From Rhynchobatus australiae (taxonomy: Eukaryota), in assembly GCA_034780895.1 (NCBI GenBank), contig JAUZTB010000135.1, positions 74,018,331-74,082,330 on the forward strand: a DNA stretch of 64,000 nt, in the 5' to 3' direction. The position numbers were made by a program, and so were the translations under genes. The notes under the pieces were generated by a model that saw only the letters and a program-made list of their open reading frames with translations, had not been told where the DNA came from and did not search any database. Positions 10,420-22,689 of this stretch are shown in pieces (the stretch's first letter is position 1; each line of letters begins with the position of its first letter).

Positions 10420-12480
10420 ACGAGTATTTTGTACTGCGCACATTTGGAAATGGCTGCCCCAGGGCGTACCATGCACCTGCTGTACGAAAGGTTGTTGCAC
10501 CTTGTGCCACGTTAACTTACGTCAAAAATTTAAAAAAAGAGCTGGATGTGAAAGGGGTGCCGCGCCGCTCGTTGCAGGAACTGTCCTCGGCAGAGGGCAG
10601 CGGCGGCCGCCAAGGATTCATCGGCAGCTGTTGGGGGGGGGGGGAAGAAAACCACACACACTTTTGCCATGTAGATGCAACACGTAGAGTTTTATTCAAA
10701 CGCTCCTAGCGGAGGGAGAAAAAAATATCAACCTGCTGGGATGAAACTCCAGCCTGTGCTGAGGAGCGGCGGCGGCACGCCTCGGACTCCCTGTGCTGGG
10801 GGGGAGTGGGTGTGGAGGCGGAGGGCGCGGGTCCATTTTATTGTTCACTTCGCGTCATTCGGTAGCCGAAACAAACAGACGATGGTGACACCGCGCAAAG
10901 TGGGAGCGCTTTCACACGCTGTAGCAGGAGAGAGGGGCGAGCGTGCGCGACCTCGGTGTTGGTTACTCCCCCCACCCCACCCCTCTCCTCGGGTGTGTGA
11001 GGCGGTAACTGCCGTCGGAATGATTTGCCTCCCGGGGACCGCGGCCGCACCTCAGGATCCCCTCACACACACTCACCGACGTAACATAACGGGGAGCCGG
11101 GCAGGATCCGGGCCCTTGTGCGTGTAAACATACGTCAAGGCCGATTGGCTCAGATCCATCACGGGCTGGCGTCAGCTCCCACCTTCGCGTTACTAACCGT
11201 CCATCCCATTGGTAAACGTTTAAAGAGGGCACATTTCCCTTTTTTTTGCTGATTCCCTTCTCCTGCGTTTGAAAACCCGAAAGATAAAAAACAGTCTAAA
11301 GCTCCGGAGCCAGAAATGGAAAGAAGCGAAAGCGCTTTCCAGGTCCGGCGGGCGAGCGGAGCCGTTAAAAGTCCGAATGCCGGGCGTTTGAATTAGTTTT
11401 TTTCTCTCTCGCTCTCGGCCCGTTTTCTACGTTGGCGGCCGCGTGCTCGGGTGGGGGAGGTGGACGGCCAATCCGGAGGCGCTAGAGAAACATGCAAATG
11501 AGATCCGTTGACGTGAGTGATTGAGCACGTGAACGTAGCGCGCGGGGCCGCGCACGCAGAGCGCGGCGCGCGTTGCAGGGGGAGAAGAGGAGGAGAAGAG
11601 CGGCGAGAACGCGCGGGGGAAGCCGGGGCTCCAACTTCTGGTGAGAGAGAAATAACACAAAGGAGTGAGTGAGTGAGGACAGGCGGCGAGCGAGAAGATT
11701 ATCACAACTATAAAACACGCGTGAAGCGCCGCTGGGGAAAAAGACTATAATAAACTGCTTGAAAAAAATAAAAAAAATTATAAACCTTTTTAAATTAACG
11801 ATATCTTAAAAAGGCACGGGCGAAAGAAGAGTGTGGAAAAAAAGCAATTTAATTTTTTTGTTTAAAAAAAAAGGAGCACCAACAAAGTAAGTACGGAGAG
11901 AAAGTGTGTGAGAGTCGGCGGTTGGGTCGAGTTAGAGGAAATTTGACTGTAAATAAACATGAAAGGACGGGGAGGAGGAGGTGGGGGCAGGCGGTCAGCG
12001 AGATTACTAACTACCACTACTGGAGAGAGTGCGTTGCCGCTGGCAAAAGCAGCCATTAACATTTCATTAATAGAGCAGCGCTGTCCTCCTAGCCAGCAGT
12101 GAGTTTACTGTCCCTCTCTCTCTCTCTCTTGTAATAATTGAGTGTCGGTGTGCCGTCCTGTTCTGTGTGCTCTGATTGTGGGGTTAGTTTAAGTTTCTCT
12201 CTCTCTCTCGCTGTGTATGTGTGTGTGGTTTGGGCGCTCGTGGTTCCCACAGGTCACCGGAGTGGACTCGGATGGTTTGAACTAGTTTCTCACACACACA
12301 CATACACACCGCTGCCGCCGTTGAGGGTCGGGGGGTGGGGGAAGCACTGGCCACCGAGAGGGTTGTGAGGGCCACAGACTGCGAGATAATGGGGCTTGGC
12401 AGCGCTGTGATAAGGACGGAAGAGGCTTTAAAAATAATTCTAGCTCTTTTTGAGGAGGGTGAACTGTTCAACTTCAAGCT
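10420..12480 (+). promoter_or_regulatory. CHD7: CpG island / CHD7 promoter
   Basis: Abrupt GC- and CpG-rich block in an otherwise AT-rich, CpG-depleted window. It contains CCAAT (11468-11472), octamer ATGCAAAT (11492-11499), TGACGT (11509-11514), E-box CACGTG (11526-11531) and GC-rich tracts. It is the only CpG island upstream of the coding exon. Confidence 0.88.
11560..11886 (+). other. CHD7: Probable non-coding exon 1 of CHD7 (start approximate)
   Basis: ATG-free, purine-rich stretch just downstream of the promoter motif cluster, ending at consensus donor AAA|GTAAGT (11887-11892). Vertebrate CHD7 has a non-coding first exon in a CpG island. The TSS cannot be determined from sequence. Confidence 0.55.
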
Positions 12481-15094
12481 CAAACGGCGTGTTTAATGTT
12501 TCCGTTACTGTTTCCTTTGCTAGTCGTATTTGAGTAACAACCACCAAAAGGCTGAGATTAAAAAGGCGCTTCTCTTTGTGGTCGGTTTCAGTCCTGGTTA
12601 GTTGTCGCTCTCTTGGACCAAGCCAGTGATTTGTCTGAAGAAGAATGTGGTCTGAAAGAAGACCTCGGGTCTTTAGAACAGAATCGAGTGTGTGTTGTCG
12701 GTGAGCCGGGCTTTATAGACACTTGCGCTACCGTAAAGCCCAAGCCAGGCGTGAAACTGTGTAGATCGACTTTTTTCATTCATTCATTTGCACCGTGTTC
12801 GAAATAAGCCGATTGTTTCTTTTAAAAATCTTAAGTGTGTGCGCGTGTGTTTGTGTATATTTCAAAACTGAGTTCAAGAGAGAACTGNNNNNNNNNNCAT
12901 TTGTGAAAGCGTAAGGAGGAAAAAAAATCAAGGTGAAGGGGGCAATAGGGAATGTAAGGGGAGGGGTAGATCCCACACGGCACTCGAGCACTCGCACAAC
13001 ATTTCACCATCATCAAGGCTTAATCATCCATGTTTGTCGTTGTCTTCGGCGGCAAGGACACACACATTCACACATTGTAAACCTCTTTGTTCGGGGCGGG
13101 GGGGCAAAACATGCGTGCACACTTTTTAAAATAAAAAAAACTTGCAGGTCAGCTTTCAGATTTCTTTCACCCACTGTATGTTAAATGATTTATCAAACTA
13201 TTCCCATGCATTTCTCAGTAAACTAACTTTTTTTTTCCATGAGGAGGATGGGAGCTCTCCAGTCGTTTGTTTGGTCAGCGTTTTCTCTCTGGACAGGCTG
13301 TACACAAAGAATCGCTCTTAACCTAAGATGGCAGCTTAATTTGACTCCGGTCATTGACAGTAATTATAAGAAAGACTGAAGCTATCCCGTCCTTTGGTTC
13401 CGTCAAGCCCCCACCATCCTGGTGCATTTAAGACTGGATGTTTTATTTTGGGAGGGGGTTGGCGTCGCTTTTCTTGTAGCGGTGTATTGACCAGTGGATT
13501 TTTGAAAAAAAAACTATAACCCTTTGTTTTAAGAAAGTGACTTTGTGAACTGGAAATAATCTGTTAACGTATTGAATGAGTGGCATTCTTGGAGAAATCT
13601 ACCTGCCTAACTAGCTACCGTGCAAGGCTGAAGGTGCCTCGCTTCTATCTATGGAAGTTGAAAATATTGTAATATACGAACTCTGTTTATGAAATTGAAG
13701 TGCAGATTGACTTTAATCGTAATGTTGGGTTAGTTAAACTTGACCAAATGGAAGTTATTATCTGACAAGTAGATGGATCCATGGGCATAAAGAATGAAGT
13801 ATGAGAAGCCATTTAAGTTTTGGTTGGGGAGAATGAGTCTTTGGTCGTGATATGGAATATTTATAGTTTTCTTCAATTTTTTTTTAGAAAACTTTATTTG
13901 AAGTTTTTTAGACCATGTCTGGATTTGAGATTAGAAAAGATTTTTTTTTATCTTGCTCATGGCTTGTCAGGTGTCCTAAGTAATATATAGTGTTAGTGAT
14001 GGATGTGTGCATATTACATATGGTAGAAACCTATACTATAAATTGCATTAAGTAATCTGAAAACGATTCACTTCAAGTATTAGACCCATTACAGACTTGG
14101 AAACAGTTGAATTAAGAGTCTTGGTCAATCATGGGACATAGGTGCTAGAATCACTTATTAAAGGTTAATTTAGATATTAAAATATAATACAAAATATTGA
14201 ACTATTTGGAAAGCTTTGTGTTTAAATTAATATTAGTTCATTGATCACTCCAGGGATTGCATAAGTAGTAGGCAACTGACATTAGCAGTGTGACTGGACT
14301 TTTACAAGTGTCCTTAGTATTTGTGAAGTATTAAGTGAACAGTGTTCATAATGTATCGTCAATCTGCATTAAAATTTTGGTTTTCAGTCATCTCGTGTGG
14401 TCTAATAGTTTGGGTGCTTTAAGATCATTTTTGTTAGCTGTATGTCAACTACAGTTAAATTTGAAAAAAATTAAAATAGCATGTCAAGTTGGAAGCATGT
14501 TTTTAAAGAAATGCATTTAATGGACAATTTCCTGAATGACACTTTGATATACCTATTCTATCTACAGTTTATCATGCCAGCTATCAAAGTTAAGCACCAT
14601 AGAATTGTTGCCCTGCTACAAGAGATTTGATTTCACTTTTTTTCAGTCCTTGTAAAATCTTTGTAATCCGATGTGCAAAAATCAAAATGGAATAACTTAT
14701 CCCAAATACTTGAACTGTTTCCATTGAGGCTATGAGAACTAAACTGAAGTTGAAAAATTCAAGCAATGGGCAAAGCTTGTTTTAAGGAGGTATTAAGATT
14801 TTAATTTTGTACAGTAATGGATTATATTTGGGTTGGTATACTTTACTTGGATTGCATGTGACATTTTTGTTAACCAGTTTGTCTTCCAAGTTATTGATGC
14901 CTTGTTCAATCTGCATCACTCTTACAGCACCAGTACTCAAAAAAAAATTCCTGGATAATGAAGTGAATTAATGATTTTCATACTTGCGTGCCACTATCTT
15001 TCTCCTATCAGCTATCCCCACCCCAAATTATTTTCCCTTTTTGTGCTGAAAATGTCTTATTTATATAGTGCCTTTTCTGGTCATGAGTTGTCCC

Positions 15095-15445
15095 TGAGCT
15101 TTAAAGAGCAGTGGAGTACTTTTATGCATAGTCAATGTTGTGATGTTGAAGTGTCATTTTGTACACAGCAAGCTCCCACAAATAGTCATGTCATAACAAA
15201 CAGTAAATCTGTTTTTGTGCAGTTGGTTTGAGAGAGTGGTTTTTCTATTGCTCTTTGCAATAGTGCTGTGGGGTACTTCAACTTGTGAGCTCATGGAGCC
15301 TTGGCTTAATATCTCATCTGAACAACCTAGCCTTTGACATTGAAGTGTTGCAGCCTTAGTTTGGACTTAGTAGTGTTGAGGTTTTAGTGCTGGAGTCTCT
15401 GAGGTAGGGCAGATGTGCAACTTTGAGGTGGGTGTGCTATTACTG
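15095..15445 (-). mobile_element. Deu-domain SINE
   Basis: acacagcaagctcccacaaatag...aatctgtttttgtg...aatagtgctgtggg...ggagccttggcttaatatctcatctgaa is a reverse Deu domain. Confidence 0.7.
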
Positions 15446-16059
15446 ATACTTCACAAATATGAATATGGAATGATTAAGGTATCTGTGTAAAAGAACAGGA
15501 TAAAGTCCTAGTCCTGTTCTACCATTCAATCTACTCTTATTTGACCTCCACTTCAAGGCTGCACAGGTGAAGTAATGACAAGCTATATTAATAGAAGCGG
15601 ATGGAAAGAATACATTGTAGGAGGGGCCATTGTTGGAGGGGGCTTGTGTAGAGCAGAGATGTTGGCATTTCTGATCTGTTTCTGTATTGTAAATTTTATG
15701 ATAAGGGGCTTAAAACTGGAGTATAAAGCAGCTTTATGAATAGTTCAGATTTAAGGTTTGCTTTTGAACTTCATAAAATAATTGTGACATTTTTATATAC
15801 TTGCTGACCATGTTAATCCGTTTAATTGATATGCAGAATTCAAATAAAGTTCAAGTATTGAAAAGTCTTATTAAGTAAAGGTACCCAGGAGGTTCTTTAC
15901 TGTCTTTATGATTTTAAGATTAAACATGAGGTATTGTTGGTTGTGTTGTGGATTCTGAAGAGTAAAAGTAGAAATAAAAGCTAAGGAATAACTAGGATTA
16001 GATTTTATCCAATAAAATTTGCTTGGCAAATCTGGAAGGACTCCATTTATATTTATTTC

Positions 16060-16390
16060 TCACAAAGTAGGCCATTTGGCCCACTGAGTGTGTGCAGTCT
16101 CTAGGTTCTATTTCCCCCGTTATCTTCTTGTAACCTATTCTCACTTGCATGCCCATCAACTCCCACTGATTCTCCTGACACTCACTTGCATTGTAGTAAT
16201 TTACAGTAGTCAATTAACTTGCCTACCAGTGTGTCTTTAGTATGTGGGAAGAATCTGGAACACCTGTGTGAAATCCATGCTGTCACTGGGAGGCTGTGAA
16301 CTCCACATGGACAAGACTCAGTCAGGATTAAGCCTAAGTCACCAGAGCTCTCTAGTAGCAGCTCTAGCTGCTGCACCACTGGGCCATCCA
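16060..16390 (-). mobile_element. V-domain (HE1-type) SINE
   Basis: gtctttagtatgtgggaagaatctggaacacctgtgtgaaatccatgctgtcactgggaggctgtgaactccac...gctgcaccactg. Confidence 0.75.
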
Positions 16391-17149
16391 GGCATCACTG
16401 TCCTGCCCCTAGATGTTCATTAATTCTAATTTCTGCTGTGAGCCTTTGGAATGACAGCTTATTTTAAACTTTTAGGATACAATTAAGGTTGTATCCATAC
16501 TTCACAGAAAAAAAATTGTGCTGTGATTGTCTCTTGAATTCTGCTTTTATAATCAACAATTCAGAGCTTTATGAAATTAATGAAGTAAGATGTTTATTAA
16601 AATAATTCAATGTTTTACCTTTTCAAAAAATATATAAATATGATTTCTGGTCTTCTGGTTAGTAGTTGCATAAGATCCCCTTAAAAGAAAGGACATGAAA
16701 ATTGTGAATTTCAGTTAAAATTATTTGGTCTCTTTACGTACATCAGTAATCATTTCTGTTGTATCACAATTAAACAGTTCAGTATTATGGTTAATACTGA
16801 AACAATTAATAGAACATTTAAATGTTTCATGGCATTGTACTGGCTTCACATTGCATCTTTGCACCAAGCAGTCTCATGTGTGTGTATATATACACCAAGT
16901 TTAGCATCTTGACACCAGTCAATGGCTGTCAATGATTTTACTAACTTTGATCTAGAAACTTTATCATGTATGTAGTGTTTCTAAAGAAATTATAACGTGG
17001 GGAAAATGGAAATGATACAACAAATAGGAAGTTTCTAAAAACTTGCTTTCCTCCTCCCTTGTTTATTGCAATCTATGTATAATTAACCATATTGTTGCCA
17101 TTCTAAGTTTCTCCATTTTTTTTCCATCCTAGCAACATCAGTTCAGAGG

Positions 17150-17640
17150 ATAGGTCTTCTGTGACATGTGACACATCCTGATTGTCAAAGCCTTTCCACC
17201 ATTACGTGATGCAATGTAGGAGTTTGATGGAATACTAGTCTCTTTCCAGGATGAATGATCTAATTATATTTGAGAAGCTCCATGCCATTCAGACCAGGTC
17301 ATACTAGTCAGGTTGTTTGATACCTCATCCTCCAACTTAACTATTCATTCCCTCTGCCACTGATGCACTGTGGCTGCAGTGAGTGCCTTGCTACAAGATG
17401 CATTACTGCCACTTTTTAAGTTTTTTCAGTGCTCACCCAAGTCTTTGATCACTGCTGGGTAGACAGACATGTCACTAAGAGCATGAGAAATGCACTTGAT
17501 ATTCTTTCATTGGAATGAAACCAAGATCAAAATTTTGGAAATTTCAACCTATACCTTCACCTTCAAAGGGGTGACTTGCTACTCTTCTTGAGAGCTATTG
17601 GGGATGAGCAACAACTGCAGGCCATGTTTGTATCATTTGA
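17150..17640 (+). mobile_element. Degenerate L2/CR1-group LINE 3' fragment
   Basis: gatggaatact...attcattccctctgccactgatgcactgtggctgcagtg...tacaagatgca...cttcttgagagctattggggatg. Confidence 0.6.
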
Positions 17641-18128
17641 ATGCACCAAGGGCACCTTGCATTATACAAGTGCCAATTGCATCCAGTTTAATGTTGCTGC
17701 TGTTGGGCTTAATCCCAGAGGTGCCATTGTGTTGTATGGTTGATTGACTTAAGTCCTGAGCGTGGAAGAATTGTCTTTATCTGCACAATGCCAACTAAAA
17801 CTTGATCAACTTCCACAATTTTGGCTGGTCCTTCTGATTGAATTTGACTGTACACGCTTCAAGTCCCATTAAACTGTGAATCTCAAATCTTACCAAGTCT
17901 ATTCATCTCTCAACATTTTGACACTTGTGCAATTTATGCATGATTGTAGCTTGCTCTGCATTATTACAATTTTTATCAGAAAAGCCTTCCAGAAGCATGT
18001 CTCATTAAGAATTTTGCCAGATCTCTTTCAAAGCAATTTTAATATTGCCCCTTTTCACAAAATCACTATGTACTATTCTTTGACTGACTTCCCCCTTTTC
18101 ATTTTGCTCTTTTTTTTTCACTGTAGCA

Positions 18129-18179
18129 CTTTCGGCTGTTACAACTTTGCCCTTTCGGCTGTTACAACTTTGCCCTTTC
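18129..18179. repeat. Perfect 23-bp tandem duplication (ctttcggctgttacaactttgcc x2.2)
   Basis: Two identical units at 18129-18151 and 18152-18174 plus partial ctttc. Confidence 0.95.
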
Positions 18180-18244
18180 AAGCTTTTTCTAAATTCCAAG
18201 TTCTTGATTTCCTATTCCTTCTGTAGCACTTATTAAGACAGCAT

Positions 18245-18660
18245 CAGTTGTGGCTCATTTGTAGACATTCTTGCCTCTTTGAGTCCATTTTGAGTTCAAT
18301 CTGTGCTCCAAAGATGTGAGCAAAAATACTAGTAATACTGGGTTGGCAATGCAGGTTTTTAGCTGAGACGTGAAACCAAAGCCCCATCTGCTTTGTCAGG
18401 TGGATGTAAATGATCCCAAGGCACTATATTGAAGAGCAGGAAGTTGTCCTCCGTATCCTAGCCAATAATTATCCCTCAATCAACATCACTAAAATAGATT
18501 GTCTTGTCATTATCACATTGCTGTTTGCTGGAGCTTGCTGTTCACACATTGGTTGTCGTGTTTCCTTGATTACAACAATGATTGTGCTTCATTGGTAATG
18601 AAATACTTTGGGTGTCCTGTGGTTGTGAAAGGTGCTGTATAAATTGAAGATGTTCTTTAT
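18245..18660 (+). mobile_element. Near full-length Deu-domain SINE (SacSINE1-like)
   Basis: tRNA-like head tcagttgtggctca...; Deu core gagacgtgaaaccaaagccccatctgc...caggtggatgtaaatgatcccaaggcactat...gccaataattatccctcaatcaacatcact...; L2-type tail gtgaaaggtgctgtataaat. Confidence 0.8.
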
Positions 18661-18890
18661 TTTCTGAACCTACCTGTTCTTTTGGTTGCCACCCTTAATC
18701 TTTTCACTTCTACTTTCTTCTATTGATTTTTCAGAACCTCTGATGGACTTGGTAATTTTTATTTTAGATGCACATTACAAAAGTAAATTGTTGGATAATT
18801 TAAAAGGGGGGTAGCTTGGAGATTATTTGTGTTTTTTTTTATTGGTAAAAGATACTTTATTGTATAGGTATTAATGCAGAATTAAGATTT

Positions 18891-19036
18891 ATGTAGTGTA
18901 ATTCTGGTACCAGNNNNNNNNNNNNNNNNNNNNNNNNNNNNNNNNNNNNNNNNNNNNNNNNNNNNNNNNNNNNNNNNNNNNNNNNNNNNNNNNNNNNNNN
19001 NNNNNNNNNNNNNATGTAGTATAATTCTGGTACCAG
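18891..19036. repeat. Minisatellite, largely masked
   Basis: Near-identical unit atgtagtrtaattctggtaccag flanks both sides of the N tract. Confidence 0.6.
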
Positions 19037-19249
19037 TGCATTTGTATGTACAGTTTTTAGTTTTTTGATACATTGATCTTCAGTTTGGAGTTTGAAATAG
19101 AATGTAAAATAACTAGACTTGATATTAGTACTTGGATTTCTAGTATGTTCCTAAAGGTAGTGTTGATATCTAACAGGGAGATATAACCACGTGGGTGATG
19201 GCCTCTTGTCTCAAATTCATCTTGTCTGACCCTCTGAATGGGAGGAGCC

Positions 19250-21150
19250 TATTTAATCCCTTGCTTTTCAGCCAATCAATGAGAAGATTGCTGATCTGTG
19301 ATGTAACTATTACCATTCTCTGATTTTTAAAAATTATCAATTGACTTATGGGAAGGAGACTTCCAAATTGTATTTGGAGCTCTATTGTGTGAATATGTTC
19401 AATAATTTGCCCTCATGGGTTGGGTTTTAAATTTAGTTAAGTTTACTGAAGGCTTACTGTATGTGTATATCCATAGACTTTCTCCTACCCATTTTCTTAG
19501 TCACCTCTTTGAAAACTTCATTTAGTAAGGAATGACCAACACTAAATCCATGCTGGCTCTGATCAACTGAAAATCAAGATGTTCAGTAATGCTGTGTTAA
19601 TTATAGACTATTAATTCCTCAATGATGTTTTCCCTTTTCACCTTTCTTAACAATTAGAAAATCTGAATTGACTAGTTATGTTGTATCAAGAGAATTTTGG
19701 AAATTTGCAATTGGGAGGTTCTTAACCACTTTTTAAAAAGCTGGGATGAAAATCTGTCCTAAAGAATAGCTACTCTTTAATGCTGCTTTTTTATTTAATT
19801 TTGATGAATCACTGTCCCTGTTTCAACATTTTTCAATGACTGTGGTGCTGTCCTCTTTGCTGTAAATGGTGATGCAAAGCAATTATTCAATGTTTTTGTT
19901 ATTTCCTTATTTCATTTACAGTATTACTAATCCTTTATTACAGGTACAAAGTGTACCACCCCTTCTCTCTGGTAAACGTTTTGGCTTTTGAGTTTTGCAA
20001 GTTTCTTTCCAGTCATTTTTGTAACCCTTGGTCTCCATTTTGATTCCTTTTTGTATTTTCCCCAATCATCAGTATTTGTTCCTGTTTTTGCCTTGTTTTC
20101 TCTCATTTTTACCTTTTCATTTATGGCTTGCAGTGCACCTCACTTTTCCCAAAAACTAGTTCTGGGTTGACTGGTGCTTTTGCCTACAAGCAAATATGCT
20201 AGTTTCTATCCTATGAAGTTGCCCACACCGAAATATTGAATCTTTTGGTAAAAAAAATTGAGATTATTTTGAATAAATGTTCATTTTGTTTCTATTAGAG
20301 AAACATTGTGTACTCTTGAGGGTAAACAAAATATGGTTCATTACAATACGAAATCTAATATGACTAGTTCTCTTGCAGATTCTGGGACACATTGTTGCAG
20401 AAAACTGCAGTCACTGACTCCTGAAATTCATTTTTTCAGATAAGTTGGTCTGCTTATCTCAAATAAACTACCCTTTGCTATGCACTTGTCTAATGTCTGG
20501 ATCCAATCTGCCACTTCACATCTACTGTCAAGGAGGCGTAAACACAACTCCCACTATATACTCTGACAAGATATTGTCTATTTCTTAATTCTGCCCATGA
20601 AGTCTTTATTTCCTGTTTTCTTCTTGAAAAATCTGCTGTCATTGTAGAAGTAATCTAAGTCTTAATAACCAATGCTACTCTTTCCCTCACCCCAGCCATT
20701 TGCCTTTCTAAATCCCAGGGCATTTTAACCTGGGTTCCAGTCATAACCAGCTTGCTTTCAGGTCTCAGTGAGGTAACTGCTAGGACACTCAGTTGAATTT
20801 ATGCTTGCAATCCAATCAGTTTTGTTCCTTGTACTTGTGTACCAAATAAGCATCCTTTACACATTCTCCAATTAGCCTTTCTGTCCTGATTATTTATTCT
20901 GATATCTTATTTCTCTCACCTGGTTTTTGTTACTTTCCATCCTCGAGTTTTTCCTCAAATTGTAGTTGAAGCAAACTTTCTGAAAATAAGCATATTCTTT
21001 TCCCCTTTTCATTTGTTCAACAATAATAATACTCTTTCCACTTGATCTGAGTTCCTGTTCTGACCACTCCACCACCCAACCCAATGTGATACTCTGAACC
21101 ATTAAGACCATTGCAATTACCCTGTTCTTCCATTCCAATGGGACTGGGAG
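19250..21150 (-). mobile_element. Highly decayed CR1-like LINE
   Basis: aaatccatgctggctct, ggtgatgcaaagcaattattcaa, aatgctactctttccctc and other reverse CR1 ORF2 remnants. Confidence 0.5.
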
Positions 21151-22689
21151 ATGTTTCTGCAGATCCTTGTATTTAATTGGATTGTCCTTGGTCTATTTGT
21201 CAGTCGTGTGAACTCCATTGTGATCCTGAAACCTTCTGCAAGCTGTTACCAAAATCTTGGGCAAACCCTGCAATTTGGAAAAACCTTGATAGAAGTCATT
21301 CCAGCTTAATGAATTTGTTGAAAGATTCAAGACTGCCATTAATAAAACTGGAGGCAGGTACCCAACTGGAGGTTGGGTTGGGCTGCCACTTTCCCTTCAT
21401 TGTTTATGACGTAGAATATAAGATCAGAAATGCCATGCTAGAATTGTAATTATACTGTGACTAGATAAATATTTATAATTCTGCACATATTACAGGAAGA
21501 GCTAGGGGTGTGGAGAGACTTAGTATGAAGACACTGCAATAAGGAGGAAGGATTAAGTAGATGTTTTGTTTCCTTTGGAACAGTTTCCTTTGGCTGGGAG
21601 GTCAGTAAATTTGGGAGAATATATTTGATTTACATGGTGGAAGGATCAGAACAGATGCTTTATACCCAAAGTGTGTTGGAGCCTGGAACATATTGCTTCC
21701 TTCACTAGTTAAACCAAAATTCCTCATCAGATTTGAGTACCTGGGTGATGTGCAGTAGAAAAGAGCTGGGGAGTAGGATATGTTAAACAAACTTATAAAT
21801 ATCTGATTTTTATAATCTTAATTAAACCACTAAGCACTGAAACACTGGGAAGTTTTAAATGCTTGTAGCTTAAACAAACCTCCTGCTGACTGTACACTGA
21901 ATTCCCTTTTTGACCAAATGCCTAACTGCTAGTGGTTAGCAGTTAATGAACCTGTGTTTTGTTTCATACTTTTTAATTATTTACCTCCAAATTGTTGGGT
22001 GGTGATCTAAAGTGAGAATTGGCTTCATTTTATTACTCTAACATGGATTGACTCAGAATATGATCACTTTCTTGATCGATCTTGGGTGAAAAAATTGTGT
22101 ACGTAGTTACATGAAAACATGGCTATGAAGCAGCAGGAACGCGTGGCTTAATGGAAATAAAATCTGAAAATGCTGGAAATACTCAGTAAGCAAGGCCGTA
22201 TATCTGGGAGAATAGAGTTGCATTTTGGTTTGAAGACCGTGTATCAGATCTAAATGGCTTACTTGATGTTGACCCCCTATTTGTGCCCTCTTACACCTGC
22301 AGATCTATAGCAAATCTCAGTAGTTCTTGATTTTTGGTGTGTTCTATGCAAGAGTTAATTATGTCTTTGACATGTTTGAATATTGAATCTTTCTGGGTTC
22401 AAGTTGCAGTAAAATATTACATTTGTAGGCATGGCAGGGCATGTAAAAAGCATTAAAGGTAATCTTCGGCTTGAATTTTAATAGAAATATGGAGCAAATA
22501 CAGTTTCTAGAACATCTGCTGCAGAGAGGAACAAAGTTGGAATATCATTAATTGCCAAAAAGATCAACCTCTAGTGCTTTTGCTACCAGAAGGTTAGTTA
22601 TGGAAAACAAACTATTACCAAGTTTATATTCAGGTGTATGACACTACAGCACAAATTTGCCACAAGTATGAATTGATTGCTATTACATT

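Noticed and set aside
11709-11715. TATAAAA as the core TATA box
   Set aside because: About 180-240 bp downstream of the CCAAT/octamer cluster in an A-rich tract; cannot be distinguished from 5' UTR sequence without TSS data.
10502-12483. ORFs of 60-150 aa in the CpG island
   Set aside because: Expected from stop-codon scarcity in GC-rich DNA; no recognisable domains.
18129-19036. Short direct repeats as a CRISPR-like array
   Set aside because: Vertebrate intron, only two adjacent units or a masked minisatellite, no spacers and no cas genes.
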